From NCBI GenBank assembly GCA_002633005.1, contig NMRA01000487.1, forward strand, positions 186,001 through 250,000: a stretch of 64,000 bases of DNA, written 5' to 3'. The translations under genes were made by a program, and so were the position numbers. Source of the DNA: Phoronis australis. Taxonomy: Eukaryota; Animalia; Phoronida. The number at the start of each line of letters is the position of its first letter. The first letter of the stretch is position 1. Shown in pieces: positions 1-14,400 of this stretch. The notes below the pieces were generated by a model. The model worked only from the letters and a program-made list of their open reading frames with translations, was not told the DNA's origin and did no database searches.

Positions 1-1674
1 TCATTCCAATTATAAATACTACAGTATACGTTAATGGCATCTTATGGTTCAGAACTTGCTGTGTTCGTGGGATCTTTGTAAAACTTGCTGCTAATATGGC
101 TGTACAATTTGAAGTGACTACACTTACTAAAGGAATTTGTCGCATTACGAAATGCTGTGCTCTGGGGTGCGTTCCGTAATGCAAGTTACTTAGGAGAAAA
201 GCAAGATTACACAACTCCATGCAAAATGACATGTACGCAAGACTGTTGATTCATGAGTCTACTCAAGTGCTTAGTAGCGTAAACTAGCAAAATGGCTGCC
301 ACTGTAGTGGGCAGTGAGTCTGGAATGTTGAATTATGAATGAGAATTCATGGAATGTCTTGCGCTACGGAATCCAGCCCTAAACTTCAAGTCGGCCACAT
401 TCTGCTTCTGTGGTTTCTTGTCTGCAATGATTGCTGCGGTTAATGAGATTTTCAGTTTAATCAACTTGTCTTCTAGATGTTGTAAAAAATGAAGGTGACA
501 GCCAGAGTGAGTTACTATTACCTTACTCTTCACACTACTGCATTTCTTCTGAGTTCAAGCGTTTCTGTCCTATTTTCTAAAACTACTGTTATCACACTTA
601 ACTGTAACATTGTCCTTTTGTTTGCCTTAAGTATTTAGTACTACACTTTGTTGCAACGTAAAAGTGTTGTCTCGGTAGTTTTCGTCTTTGCTTTCATGAG
701 TCTTAAATTGCCTCTTTCCGCAACGTGTGATTGGCTTTGCTTTTCACTTCACTTTGGCGATACTACGCCTGTTAGCCTCTTCTAGAAACGTACCTAATTG
801 CGAATGATATTGAGATAGTGTATAGATTAAGTGTATAGATTAAGTGTATGGCAATAGTAACAGTTTATTTAAAGGTACATTGCGTGTGAACTATCCAAGG
901 TGTCTAGTAGGACTGTTACGTTAGGCCACATATAAGTGATTTAATTGGGAGTGTTTAAGAAACAATACAAGATCTGGGACTCCCAAGGCATCGGTCTGGA
1001 CCTGTTCAACTGCCCCAGCCTTTGAACAAGCAGTTATGACATTCATCAAAATGCTTTTACAAAGTGAAAGAATAAAATCATCGTAGTTTAAAGTTTGCAA
1101 ATTTCTGCCTACAAAAACTGAGCCTTTGAAACTATTTTAGTGTGTCTTGATTTTATTTATAGTACTTTTTATGAATTTATATTTAATTCTTTTGATGCAT
1201 TGCTTTCAAACAATGTAACAGTTGTGGTGGCAGAACGTGGTCATAGTTAAGTGGCAGAACCAAAATATTTAAAATGTATCTGCAACTTATTCAATTGTTA
1301 TTTTTTGTTAATTTTAGTGATCTAAAACCTGTGTCTGATTGTTGTTTTCAGCTCTCTAAATTTTCTAAAGAACGATGTTTATAACTTAAGGGGTTAGGCT
1401 AAGGTGTAACCTATTATAGAGGGATAAGACAGAATGTTTTCGTGTCATTTGTGATGCCATTACGCAGTGTCATTCCACATATAAATGAGTCTGTACAAAT
1501 CAGGCCTTCAAAAGTGCATTGTTCACAAGACCAGCAACGATATGGACAGAAACTCTTGAACTTGCTGTTGTGGAAGTTTTCACTGCATAATTCTGGTTGA
1601 CCCAATGTTGTTGTTAAAGTGTTAGTGTTCACTTATGTTGTCACTGTTTGCTTAGATCATCACTGGGCACAGGA

Positions 1675-1900
1675 TGGGGACACATCAGTAAATGATTCTT
1701 GACCACTCAGTACTCTATGTAGACATGTCAGCAATGACTATTAATGGTCAGTCAGTGGAGACATGTCAGCAATGACTATAAATGGTCAGTCAGCTGGGAC
1801 ACGTCAGGGTTGGCTATTGATCTTCATTCAATGCTCACGTAGACATGTCAGCAGTGACTCTAGGTCATCACTCAATTCACTTTAGGGGACGTGGTCAAAT
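1675..1900 (+). repeat. Degenerate ~38-42-bp minisatellite (core AGACATGTCAGCAATGACTA) in an NCX intron
   Basis: Core at 1721, 1759 and 1841, with variants at ~1679, 1797 and 1886. Confidence 0.7.
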
Positions 1901-3981
1901 AGCAATCACTTGGCACACTGCATGAGAAATGCATAGAAACGCCTGTTCAAGCATTTTCAGTTGGACGTCTTGTCGCTAAGTAAGGAAAGTCTTGCAAGGT
2001 TGCACTCAACCACCAAGAGATGTTGTACCCCTGAGTTATGAATGACCATTAACACAACTGGTTTAGTAGTCATGCGTGTACCCAGGGTAGACTCGGGGGG
2101 GCTTGAATGAGCACTCCCCTCCCTCCCCCCACTTGGTAAAGTGGGCAAAAACATCTGTCTCAGAGAAACAAAAACTCCGAAAAAAGTAGAAAATGAGACA
2201 AAAGTCCACTAAAAAGGCAAGAACTATCAGAATTTGGTAAATGCACAATTCATAGCTCTGAATGTACCCTGTGAATCTTTACGTAAAAGGCCCACATTCT
2301 CAAAATTTGAGCCCCCCATTTTTGTGAGTTGTGTGCGCACATACAAGTGTGTACCTCAATGAATATTCCAAACCTTAGTCAAAAAATATGTACAGCATTA
2401 GAATAGCAAGTTGAGGAACTAGTGCTAGTTATTACCTTTCCACTTCAGTAGCTGAAGATCTACATCAATACAAAGGGCGTGCTGATTAAGCATCATAAAA
2501 GTTGTTTGGGGCTAAGAAAGTCTGAGCAGTGACCAGTGTAAGCGAGAAATTCTGCACATGTAGAACCCAAACTCAGGCCACAACATGATTAAGCCTTATA
2601 CTGTATCTATAAGTGTTTTACCTAAAACCCTCCTTCAGTGATTTTGGGTACAAAATCAATACCTTCGATTGTTAAACCTTTGGTTTCATGTGAATAATTG
2701 TATTTTTACTGTGTATGACGTAAGGTAGCACGAAAATTTGATTTTTTAAAGTATTTTTCTCAGTGGGTTTTGGTTTTTTAGAGTCTGGGTTAATTTTTTT
2801 TTCGTAACATTTTGTTAGAATTCAGTTGTGATGTTGTTAGAATCTCATCCTCAGATATGTGAAAGAATTTTCTGTAGCGTTTAGTTCACAGTGAAATTAT
2901 CATTCTTTCTTTATGTTGACAGTGTAAAGAAGTCAATATACTTTTCTAGTAGTGGTTGTTGCAACACCACATCTGCACGTGTGATTAATTGTGATATGTT
3001 GTGATATTGTATCTGATACTATATCATGATATTGTACAGCTGAGATTTCATATTAAGATATAGTATCATGATATACCATAATTATACTGTTGTGGTATAG
3101 TATTTTAGAAATGTACATATTGTTTGCAGCCACTGATCCAGGATTTTGTCCGTGGGGGGCTCTAAACGGGCCAGACATAGGGGTGCTTGAGACTTCTTTA
3201 TTGCCGGCAGTTGTAAGTGCCAGTGCAGACAGGGTTATTTAATATAAGCTGAGCTGTCTTTCATTTAAGGGGCCAGCTGAGCTCATAACTGTCTGTCTGC
3301 ACTGGCCCTAAAATAACCAACAGGAGGTCCACACCCATTAGACCTGCCTGGACACCCAGTCCAGACCCCCCAGTCTGGACCCCCGTCTGGACATGTGCCT
3401 GGTTGGAGTATAACTGATAGTTGGTCTTGTGTAGAATTCTTGTGTATTCAGTACACATTGATTTGTGTCACGGTAGTCTGTTGTGTTATGTTTTTGATTC
3501 ACTGCGGAGAGACATCATGTTTTTTAATGCTATCTATCAATATTTGTGTAAAATAAACTTATCAGTAGCAGTGATTTTCAAACTACATTTACTGCTTGTT
3601 TTTGCACAATGTGTTTTGAAAACAGCATCATCTTGTTATTACAAGGTTGACAGCTTGAAAAATTTACACTTTTTAACAAACGTGATTGCCACTGAAAATT
3701 AGCTTCGAATTCAGAACCGAATTTCATTGAGAAAATCTGTGGTATTTTGAAAAAGGCAATTTCCAGTGTATATTGGTTAATTCTTTTATGTTTTTTTAAT
3801 CAAAGTGACTTTAATAATAGAAGTTGATCCTGGAATTCAGTACAAAATTTCGCTGACGACATGCACTATCTCACAACGTACGGTGCATTCAAGGGGAACA
3901 TAATTTCAAGATGGAGGAAGTTGATTGCTTTACCATCCTTATTTGGCCGGTTTGTTCATTTCTTCTTCGCTCCTATTTCAG

Positions 3982-6451
3982 GAGATGACGATGGCGGTGA
4001 AGACGAGGAGGGTGAAGAGAGGCTGCCCTCCTGTACCGATTACATTATGCATTTCCTCACCATATTCTGGAAGGTTCTCTTCGCCATTGTACCCCCCACT
4101 GGTATGTCATAATCTCTTTATGAGATTGGACATATACATAATTATACATTCACGCACGCGCACACATATACATATGGCCATTGACCCAAAGAAGAACAAA
4201 CACAGGATAGTAAATTGTCAAAATAATACGCAACAAACTAGACAATAAATTGTGATGTTTGAGAGCATAGTGGATGAATTTTGGAAGTGAAATATCGCGA
4301 GTTCTCATGAGAAATTCAAATTTAAATAATGTGGGAGACTGCCAAAAGTATCACTTTAGTATTGTACCCAAAAATCTTGGTACGCTCTGCACACTAACAC
4401 AAAGTGATATTCATCTTCCACACAACCCAAATTACATAACTTTTAAAGTATCTATTTTTATGAGGATTATTTGTGTGGTACCTCTTTCCACTTATGTGGC
4501 ATTAAACGCACGCTTTCCTTGTTTTGATTTAAGCCACTCAGTTTTGAAGCTTAGGTAGGCCCAAAATTAAGGTTTAAATTAATTATATTGTCCAACATTG
4601 AATAGGGTTGTCTACTGTTAATCTTGATAAATTTTGCCAGCAAGAATTATTCAAGCTTTATGAAGTGTAGTGTTGCAGTCATAACTCTACTAAACAGTAA
4701 TTCGACTCTCACACGTGTGCTTTTGCGTTGAAAATATAACTTTTATTTAGACCCGTTTCGGGTATGAAATTGGTCTTGATTTGCGCCTTACTCAGATGGG
4801 TAATAGTTGTGGGCTCGTTTAGAACTAAAAGTTGAGTTGGGCTTGACACCATGCACGCGGCATGAAATGACACGCCATGATTAGTTACCATATCAGGTCT
4901 GATTTCAAGCAATAACAAACTATGGGTTCTTCTTGAGCCCAGGAATCGTTTCTATTCCAAGTTAAGACCAGGGGCCCGTTTCAAGAAACTGACTTCAGTT
5001 CATTTTTGACTTAAGTCTAAGATTTGTCTCGGCATCCAAACTTTGAAACCTCCACATCCGGTAAGTTAGTCAAAATCAAGACGAAAATTAAGTAAAAAAT
5101 TAAGTCATACTCAAAATATCTCTTACTTGAAATGGATTTGGGTTTACATACAATTGGTTGAAATTTGTGATTTGTCTTAGCTTAGTCAGTTTTCTTGGAA
5201 AGGGTCACTAGTTTACAGTGCTAAGTATTCTAGATCAACGGAAGATTTATATTTATCGCCACTGAATTGTCTGTGAAGATCTTACTCAAATTCTTGGAAG
5301 TTGATTTATTTTTTCTGAACAGTCATTCCATGATAATTATATTCTGAACTCTCTCTTCCAGAATACTGGGGTGGGTGGGCGTGCTTCACTGTGTCAATCA
5401 TCCTGATTGGAGTGCTTACTGCCTTTATTCAAGACATAGCCTCGTCATTCGGTTGTACAGTTGGCCTGCAAGATTCTGTTACTGCTATCTCATTTGTTGC
5501 CTTGGGCACAAGTGTACCAGGTAGGTGAAGTAGATGTAATTTTAACATTTTTCTTGCATTTTTGCGATCGCACCATTATTTGTATGTTATTTTTAACAGT
5601 GCTACAAATACATGAGATATTTATGGTTAGTTTGGACCATAGAAAAATGTCCAAACTTCGGAACACCGTGTCTCAAAAATGGTTGATCAGAATTTTTAGA
5701 TACCACGCTTTATGTACTGTTTTCTAAAAGACTATTACGAGTTGTTTTTAAAATAATCCACTTTTGTAAGTGTTGAATTTTAGGCCAAGAAGCAAAGTTG
5801 ATTCTGGTTTTTAACCCGGTTCATTTTGAGACCTGAACTCACCGACTATAAAAAAAACGTCCGCCCGCATCAGTTTCAGAAAAGGTTTCATGTTTTTTGT
5901 TTGAAAATCAACACAAAGGCACATAAACAAGGGTAAGCAAGATTTGAAACTCCATTATTTGCTAAGCGGCAAGTAAAAACCAAAAATCCTACGATTTTCT
6001 TTTTGTAAACTAAGCAAATAAAAAAAATGTCCATCCTTATTATTTTACAATAATTAAGTGTCTGCATCTTTCAGATACCTTTGCTAGCAAAGTGGCAGCC
6101 ATTGGCGACAAGTACGCTGATTCATCCATCGGCAACGTGACGGGAAGTAATGCCGTTAACGTTTTCTTGGGCATTGGCATCGCGTGGACGGTGGCCTCAA
6201 TATACCACGCTGCCAACGGCACCGAATTTAAGGTAGAAGCAGGCTCATTGGGTTTCTCATTGACATTATTCTGCGCATTTGCCTTCCTCTGTATCGCCAC
6301 GCTACTCATACGACGTCGTCCGTTTGTCGGCGGAGAGCTAGGTGGCCCGGCGAAGTACAAGTATCCGACCTCCATTTTCTTTTGTACACTCTGGATTACT
6401 TATGTAATTGTGTCAGCTCTTGTTAGTTACTGTCACATCAAGGGATTCTAA
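3982..6451 (+). CDS. NCX: Sodium/calcium exchanger (SLC8/NCX family), last three coding exons: 3982-4101, 5362-5520, 6075-6451; upstream exons lie outside the window
   Basis: Phase-consistent AG/GT exons give GDDDGGEDEEGEERLPSCTDYIMHFLTIFWKVLFAIVPPT, YWGGWACFTVSI...FVALGTSVP, DTFASK...SIGNVTGSNAVNVFLGIG...GGELGGP...YCHIKGF*. This includes the alpha-2 repeat (GTSVPD; GSNAVNVFLG) and the C-terminus typical of NCX1-3/CALX. Confidence 0.97.
4971..5208. mobile_element. MITE GGGGCCCGTTTCAAGAAACTGACT...AGTTTTCTTGGAAAGGGTC; second copy at ~57715-57951
   Basis: Imperfect TIRs and a colinear second copy in NOP53 intron 7. Confidence 0.7.
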
Positions 6452-9400
6452 ACCAGATGGCGCTCGTGTGCATGTAGTTTTAGTGCATTTCGTTTTTCAT
6501 TTTTATGATTTCATGTGTGTACTGACTGTAGATTTTGCCAGTTAGTTTAAATGTTTTTTGTTTTATTATTTATTGAAGTAATTGTCTGCTGTGTGACACA
6601 GTTGGAGCTCCTCATTTAACTTTTCGGACCTTTTTGTGCTATACAACATCAAAATCATGGTTTATTTGTGGTGAAAATTTGTACAAGTTAAACCAGTTTA
6701 AAACCAACCTATAGCATGTCATCAGTGAGCAAAGCTCAATCAGTTGAACTTGGCATAAAAGGTTTCGATCTTTCTCTTTTCTATGTTTTGCAAAAAGAGA
6801 ATTTTGTTGCTTTCTTGTCCAAGCTCTGGTAAAAAAAGTCCTATTTGAGTCGCATTTTGTTGCAGAAAAGTTGAATTTTATTTTGTCAGGCGTCTCAACA
6901 CAAAACATTAAGAAATGCATGTTTCATTGTCAGCACGATATGTATGTCACCGAACTTTTCATAAAACATGGAGCATTTGCAAAAAAGTTATATAAAAAAT
7001 TAGTAATAACTTTTTGTCCGAAATTGATCAGTCTTTGCGGTAACATCTTTTGATGCTTTTATGTTACTATAATAACTGGAGGACTGAATTCTCGCTGAAT
7101 ATTTCTATTAGTTTGTACTGAGCTTGTCATAATACTACAGAGAAAATTCCCCAGTTTGGAACAGTGACAAATTAATTATTTTGCTCAAGGTCAAGGCTTA
7201 TACCAAATTTTAGAAATAGTCAGTGTTCACTATCCCAAATTCAAGAATTTCAATCAGTGACAAACCATTATTGTCCTCCGCGTTACACGCTACGAGGACA
7301 CACGAAAATGTTGCATCGGCAGCTATTTCTGATCATTTTATTAACTGTCAAGTTGATTTTCAGAATCTGTTGATGCAAAATGCAGTGTTCCATATTTGAG
7401 AAATGTGACAACACCAAGTTCTTCAGAATCGAGAAACCCCATTATTTCTGCTTGAATTTAGGTTCTCAATTTTTAGAGACTGTCCCAAAATGGAGAATTT
7501 TTACCCTTATGTCTTATTTACAAGTCATTCTGTACCCCTGTCTTATTTACAAGTCATTCTGTACCCATGTCACCTCTGCAGCTGTGATTTTTCACCTATT
7601 TAGCACACAAAAGTGGAATTTTATTTGACTATAATCATGAACTAAAATAAAGAGTAAATGTAAAAACAGTTGTGCAACATTTAAGCGTCATTTCTATTAC
7701 GAAGTCATTTTAAAGTGAACATTTTGGACATTTCCAGTTCAATTTTATGCCAAAGATGGCCATTTACGGGAATGAGCACAGTATTTTTGTGTAAAATTAT
7801 GAAGAATTACTGTTAAATGCATAGTGACAAAGGGAAGATGCTTGTTGTATTTGTCTATCTCAAGATCTGAAGATCTAAAATACAGTAAAACCCCCATAAG
7901 TCAGACCAAGAGATTTTATCCGAGTACGGTGAAATCTGACTTTTCTGAAGGCCTGAGTGTATGAGCTAGAACAACTGCACCGGTGAACTTTGTGTCTGAG
8001 TTAAGTAAAAAAGTGTCTTGTGCATAACCAACTTTTTGTGAGTTTTTGTTGCATTCATGGTCTGATCAGTATAACTAGTTTTTGGATGAATCTGTTGGAT
8101 ATCTTGAGTAACGATGATTAGGAAAAGTTGTAATAAATTTGCATCTTTTACTGAAAAGATATTGTGTAAAAAGTATCATTTCATGAATATGTATAGCTGT
8201 TACAGGGTTGTTTTGTGTGTGTGAGTATAATTGGGTATAGTAATTTGATAATTTTCTGTCCTTGTTATACTGTTTTACCAAGGTTTACCTATGTCCTGTT
8301 TTTCCCTCTGTCAATGACCGTTGCTAAGGACATGATCTGGTGTTTTATTCTGCCTGACTGTGATTGTAAGCCAAGATTATTTATATATAATTGTGATACG
8401 AGTTAACATGTAATGGGTCAGTCTACAGCAACTGGACCCAGTGGCAATTAACAATTAAGCTATGTTCAGAAGGCTAGTTCCACCTGTGCAAATTTCACCT
8501 GTGGCCCATGCGTCCCAGGAAGGAAATACCGTGTGAACTGATAGTTAATTTCTCCTTGACACCACTTGTGTCTGCGTGGGCTGTTACGATGATTGAGCAC
8601 TATTTGCTTCATCTCAAAAGGTGAGGTATATTATCACATACCAGGTGGATTTCATTTATTTTTGTCTACATGGACACTTGCACCCAATCATCTTGTTGCT
8701 GTGGTACCAAAACCTTGGGAAATTGCTGCTCTGTTCTTAAAAACAATTTGGTTATAAATAATGAATCTATTAATTGGGTTAACATGTTAATGAGGTTAAC
8801 ATATAAGTTAAACAAAGATGAGTAGTGGTGCACTTAATGAACACTTAAATCTGGGCAATGTTAAAAATGTCAAGTGAGTCATTAAATTTTAGTTGGTGGT
8901 TCTAAGCATCATTGCTGTAATTGTAGATAATCACATGAGTGCAATAGTTATATTATCTAACTGCAACAATCCAACTGGTATTGTTACCTTGATTAGTCAA
9001 GTACAGTTTATTGTGGAAATGGTAACTTTCTTTGCATAAGGTTGGCAAATAACTTATAGTCTGTGGTATGGTCTTTAGTGCAATACGCTTGGAGTTTACT
9101 GTTTCACTTTTTAAGTTTGATCAGTAACAGTAAAATCTCTTTTGTTAGCTATATTTCAAAACTTTTGTTGGTGTGTGCTATATCAGTGAGACTGGTTCAC
9201 CCTTTGTACATTGTATTCCTTTTTACGTGAAATCTTATATAAGTTGCTGGATTCTGTTTTGTTTTCCAGCTATTTTCACTTTCTTAATGTTGACTTAAGT
9301 CGTCAGCCATTACTCCTGTAGACAGTTGAAATTTAGATTTCTTGTGCAAACTTGGATGATTCACTTTTTAGCATGGTAATAGATGGCTGTATTTTAGAAG

Positions 9401-10330
9401 CAGTGATTGCAGTAAGACCATATTTTGCCTTACACAAGTCTTCATTGCAGGACAATTCTTAAAGGATAGGGTGCCGAACATCATTACAGGAATCTCATTG
9501 TACATTTGCAGTAATCTATATAATCACACTTAGCACTGTCAGTATTCAGGCGCATTTTTATTGAGCCGTTTAAGTGCGCATATTTTATATTGTTGCTAAC
9601 GGGTTGGTCTTTTACCATTCAGGAAGTGATCAAGCTTAATGCGCTGATGTGTTAGAGGTTTTTTAACATTTGTAGCTGCACGTACATCAACTGTAGGCTG
9701 CAAGACAAATTTTTGGTATAACAGCATGTGTGTGCAGAACTGGCGAGTACTAAATCGTAGAGTTAGGGGAGGTAGTGTTGAAACTAAATTTACAGCTTGT
9801 TGGGCGAGTCCATTACGACACCAGGGTGTGGTTAAATTCTCAGGCACGACTGATGGTGTCCATGTACTTAGATTTAACATTGTATAAACATTTTTGTTGT
9901 TCTGAATTTTTTCCCACATCCCCAATTCAGAATGGACTTGTCCGACAATGCCACACTATTAATCAGCGTGTTGTGTTGAAAACCAGAGATCTGTTGATTG
10001 CGTAGTAGTTTAACCCCTGTCACATACGTCGTACGATTTTTTTGTCATGTGATGCCAATAATATAGGGGCAATGACCATAGCTGCATATCTGCGGTCACA
10101 TTTGCCATATGGCTACCATACTTTCCATCGCAGATATATTGTATGCCAGTCATACAACCTATGTGGCATGGGGTTTAGGGCAATCAGTGATTCAGTGGTC
10201 TCTGGTTGCACTTGGTCCCCCTCCCTTCCACAAGCTCGTCTGTGTGAACGAGTATTGACCTTTTGGGGATTGTTTATTGTGTACAGATGCACATAACCTG
10301 AGGATTGAATAAAATGATTTATAAACAAAC
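6452..10330 (+). other. Probable long (~3.9 kb) NCX 3' UTR, candidate poly(A) signal AATAAA at 10308-10313
   Basis: T-rich, largely repeat-poor non-coding stretch after the stop, ending in AATAAA followed by GT/T-rich sequence. Earlier AATAAA hexamers also exist, so the end is uncertain. Confidence 0.4.
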
Positions 10331-11429
10331 CGTTGCTTGTTTCATTCTTGCCCAGCAGACACTGATGACCCCATATAATTAATGTTGATATACTCTATGA
10401 ATGCTGTAAAGATGCAGGTTAACTGATTATGTATTAAAAAATCTGAGTGACATTCGAGCCAGTGAAACGTTGCACCTTGCTGAGTAAATACTGACTGCAC
10501 CAATAAATATCCAGCATTATCAAGATATTGAAATATTTTTTTATTAAAAATGTCATGACAGAAAACATACAGGAAGTGACTTTACTATGTAAATATTATG
10601 ATTCTAATAATTGAGCCTTTAATTTGTGCGATCTGGAAACCGAAAAACACAAGCACCTTTGAAAATCAAGATCAGCTTTGAATGAAAATGATTAAACACA
10701 ATTTTGCAACAGATGGATCTCTAACATCTGTACTTTCAAACTGTCATGTTTGAAAAATAATTGTATCGTACCGAAAAGTAAAGTGAAAACCTCTGTAATA
10801 TTTGAAGTTAAACATTTTGAGAAGCCATAAATCTCCTCTGACACTAATCTTACTTAGCAAGCATACAAAGGCCTTGGTGACCTTAATGCGCGTATCAAAA
10901 AGCCTAATGACATCCATAGCCGCCTTTTTTATAAATGCGTCATGCTCCAACCATGACACTACAACTCTGGCTAAATCGATTCTTTTAATTTGCTTCATGT
11001 TCTCGTTTCATGGATTTGATAAATTGTCTTCCCAAGATACTTCATCTAATCTCACTCCATCTTGAAGACCATCACAATTTACGGCTATATTGAGCGCAGC
11101 TTTGGCGGGTAAAAATGACCAACTTCAAAGCAAGAGAAAATCGGTGTTAACTTCGTTGATTTCACAACTCCCATTTTTTGTGAAGCGTCGTAAAATCAAA
11201 TCAACACAATCAACACAAACCATTTGGTAAAACGAGAAGTCCCACGGTAATAGTCATATTATCATAGAAACGCTCAATATAGCTTCAAAAGAAATCTTGG
11301 ACAGAGAAGTAGAAAGACACTAAACCCTATCAAACCATGGTTGGATCTTGATTTTTAAACTCATCTAGTCTCAAAAGTTTGGAAGAAGTTTGCTTGCAAA
11401 CGCAAACACCGTGACAACTCTTCTGCCGC

Positions 11430-14400
11430 CTAGTGCACAATACTTAGTAACTGTCTGTATGATGAGAAACCCAAGACAGGAACAAATGCAATACTTGGCA
11501 TGTCAAGGTTGTGAACTTGGAAGTAGGCTTTAACAGCTGAAAACAAAGACATTTGTAAATGAAAACATTGCGTTCTTTGAACTACAAAAGCTGCATCAGA
11601 ACCTAGTACATAGGTTTGATGTTGAAGGAAAATCAAAATGGAATATATGACTTCAAATTCTCTCGGAATAGCTCATGGGTTTAAATAGAACTCTGGATGT
11701 AAATAGAATTGGATCTGGTTACATGAAAATATAAAACCCAAACTAGATGAGAGTGGATAATCTGATAATTTGCCTCTAGTTATAAAATTTACAACTAGCT
11801 ACATTTCCTTTTTCTTAATGAGACCCCCTCTACATTATACCACACTATCTAAAAACCCAAGAAACAAAGTCAAATTCATATTGGCTATTACAATCGAATC
11901 CAATGACAAAATCTCCAAAAACAGTTCTCAGCATATCAAGACAAAACTTGATATAGCAGAATGTGGCATTTTCTTTTAACTTAAATTTTGACTTGAGATG
12001 AGTAGTACAAAAAATGTGTGTGAGTGTCGAATAGGAATTTGAGCTGAGAAATGAAACACTGCCTGTGAATCAAAGAAATGACTGACCTTCGTGCAACTTA
12101 GATATCTGCACCAGTTTCTGATTGTAATACACCGTAAGATACGTAATGAAACTGTAGGTGGCAGGATCGTCCAGGATGCTGACAACTTGGTCCAGTGTCT
12201 CCTCCACCATTATCTCTAACCGACTACTGTAGTTTTCTGTATCTAAAATCCCTAGAAATATAGATTTGCTCAGATAAAAATTTTCACGGTAACAGGGCCT
12301 TCAAACTTATTGGGTGCTACCAAATGAAAAACTAAAATCAACAGCGTCTACTTTGCTATCAAACCAAAGCAAATAAGCTGTTTTCGTAATCAACAACATG
12401 GTGAAACCTCACCAACTTAGGACCCAATATGGTGGCAAGTGAATTTTTTTATTCTATTTATAAAAGTTACATAGCGTCAAAATAATGCTTTACATTGTTC
12501 AAGTTCTGTACCATAGCAACCTACGGAAAATATTTTGAAAACTGCGGGCTTTGACAACAATGTAAGAAGACCTTGAAAAAACAGGAAAAGGTGCAATTTT
12601 GGCGATTATTCTTGTCCAGAATTAATGAGATTTTACCGTACAATTAGACAAGTTCCAAGTAGGAACAAGCCAACTGCAAACTTCTGGTAAGTTGACAACT
12701 GGATTACATGATGAACAAACTGCGTTTCACGTATTCTCAACAATCGTTAAAACATGAAAGTGAACATCAATAGGTTAGTTTTCAAAGCAAATTTCTAAAT
12801 AAGGAACTGAATATGGTCAGAAAACTGACTGTATTTCAGATTATCAGCCACAGTACATTTAAACAGTTGTTGAGGTCCACCACAATGCTAATTAGGTCAA
12901 AGTGAAGCAGCAAACTCGAACAAATCCAACGCAAGTAGTTGACGAATTCCGTTCAGTTCATTGTGTCATCATGTTTAATTAGTTCCCCGTATTTAAGTAT
13001 CGAACATGGAGGTTCCACCGCAAAACATGAATCAAAGCAACGGCTCACAGATGCGGCCTATAAACTCAAAATACTTCAAGCTCCTGTAGAAGACAACAAC
13101 TGAATAAAGTACTTGGGTCCCTTATGTGACATTCGCACCAAATTACATGCACATGACTTTATTAACTACAAGGCAAATCACTCTCAAATAACCAACCAAT
13201 TCCTCTAAGAGAAGCAAGATCATGCAAAAGACCATGGAGAATCAATAAGCGTTCAACAAGTATACTCGAAACACATTACTAGTGATACCTAGTATAATGG
13301 CGCCCACTGAAGAAATTGGTCAGTGAGGTTGGAGTGATGAATTATGGGATAGAATTGATGTCATGAGATAGAATTTACTCTTTTCATTCTATAAGCAAAG
13401 ATTTCTCATGCAGGTGCAAGCTAATGTATACAAAACACAGCCCATGACATTGTTATAAAAAATACAGCAATTATGATAATTATCGAAAACTTTTTACACA
13501 GCATCCCTTTCTGCTACCAATGAATACCGTTGTGTCCGTACAACCAGTGAAAGACGATTGGGTGAGGGTGACAAATTAGACAAAAGTAAAGTCGACGCAA
13601 CACAAGTGTGACAGTTTAATTTACCTCTGAAGGTAATGCTTCTTGCATCCGACCAGCATTCCCTTGCGCCAGCTCATGTGGACACAAGTGTATTAAGGTG
13701 GACGTAAACATCAGCTATACACCTGTACAGCTTTGTTTGTGAAAACACTTTCCTTGTGCTAAACATGCATAGAACAATGTCTCATTACTTCTACCCTGAA
13801 CACATATTGCAGGTATCCTGCCTGGAAGCACTGCTGGTCGGAAACTCAAGCCCAAACTTCAATGGCTATTAGTAGATGATTAAGGTTACAACACAAATTT
13901 GAAACCAGAACAAAGTCTTTATGTTGATGGATAAATGAGTAATCAAACGGAAACATAAATTAAGACTGGATAAATACTAGCATGATAGCCTTACCTAAAC
14001 TAACTTTGAAGACTAGATCGAAATGCTGCCCGTTTTTAACAAGACACACCACTTTGTCAATCTTGTATGTGTCTGTCACCTGTTTAGAATGGGTTTCTGA
14101 AACAAGAGACAATACTCAAAAACCTACGCACACAGAAAGACAGGAACAGGCCAAAATCAAAGTGAAGGAAACAATTCCACGGCCACGCCTCAAACATGAA
14201 ATTCCAGCTACGGGAAATCTGTAAACTTATTTTTTACTAAAATACCTGCCGAAATGGTTATTTTTATATTTTCATGGCTGATTACCTTTTGGGAATCATG
14301 AAAACTTTTGTTTTATGACATCTACGCAATGCAAACCAAGCTTGAATGTTCTAAATATTCACCTTTGTGGAGAAATTTAACAAAATAGGATTTCACTTGT

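Noticed and set aside
1675-1900. CRISPR-like repeat/spacer appearance
   Set aside because: Spacers are similar to one another, repeats are degenerate, the context is a eukaryotic intron, and there are no cas genes. It is a minisatellite.
6040-6375. Antisense 111-aa ORF
   Set aside because: Shadow of the NCX terminal exon.
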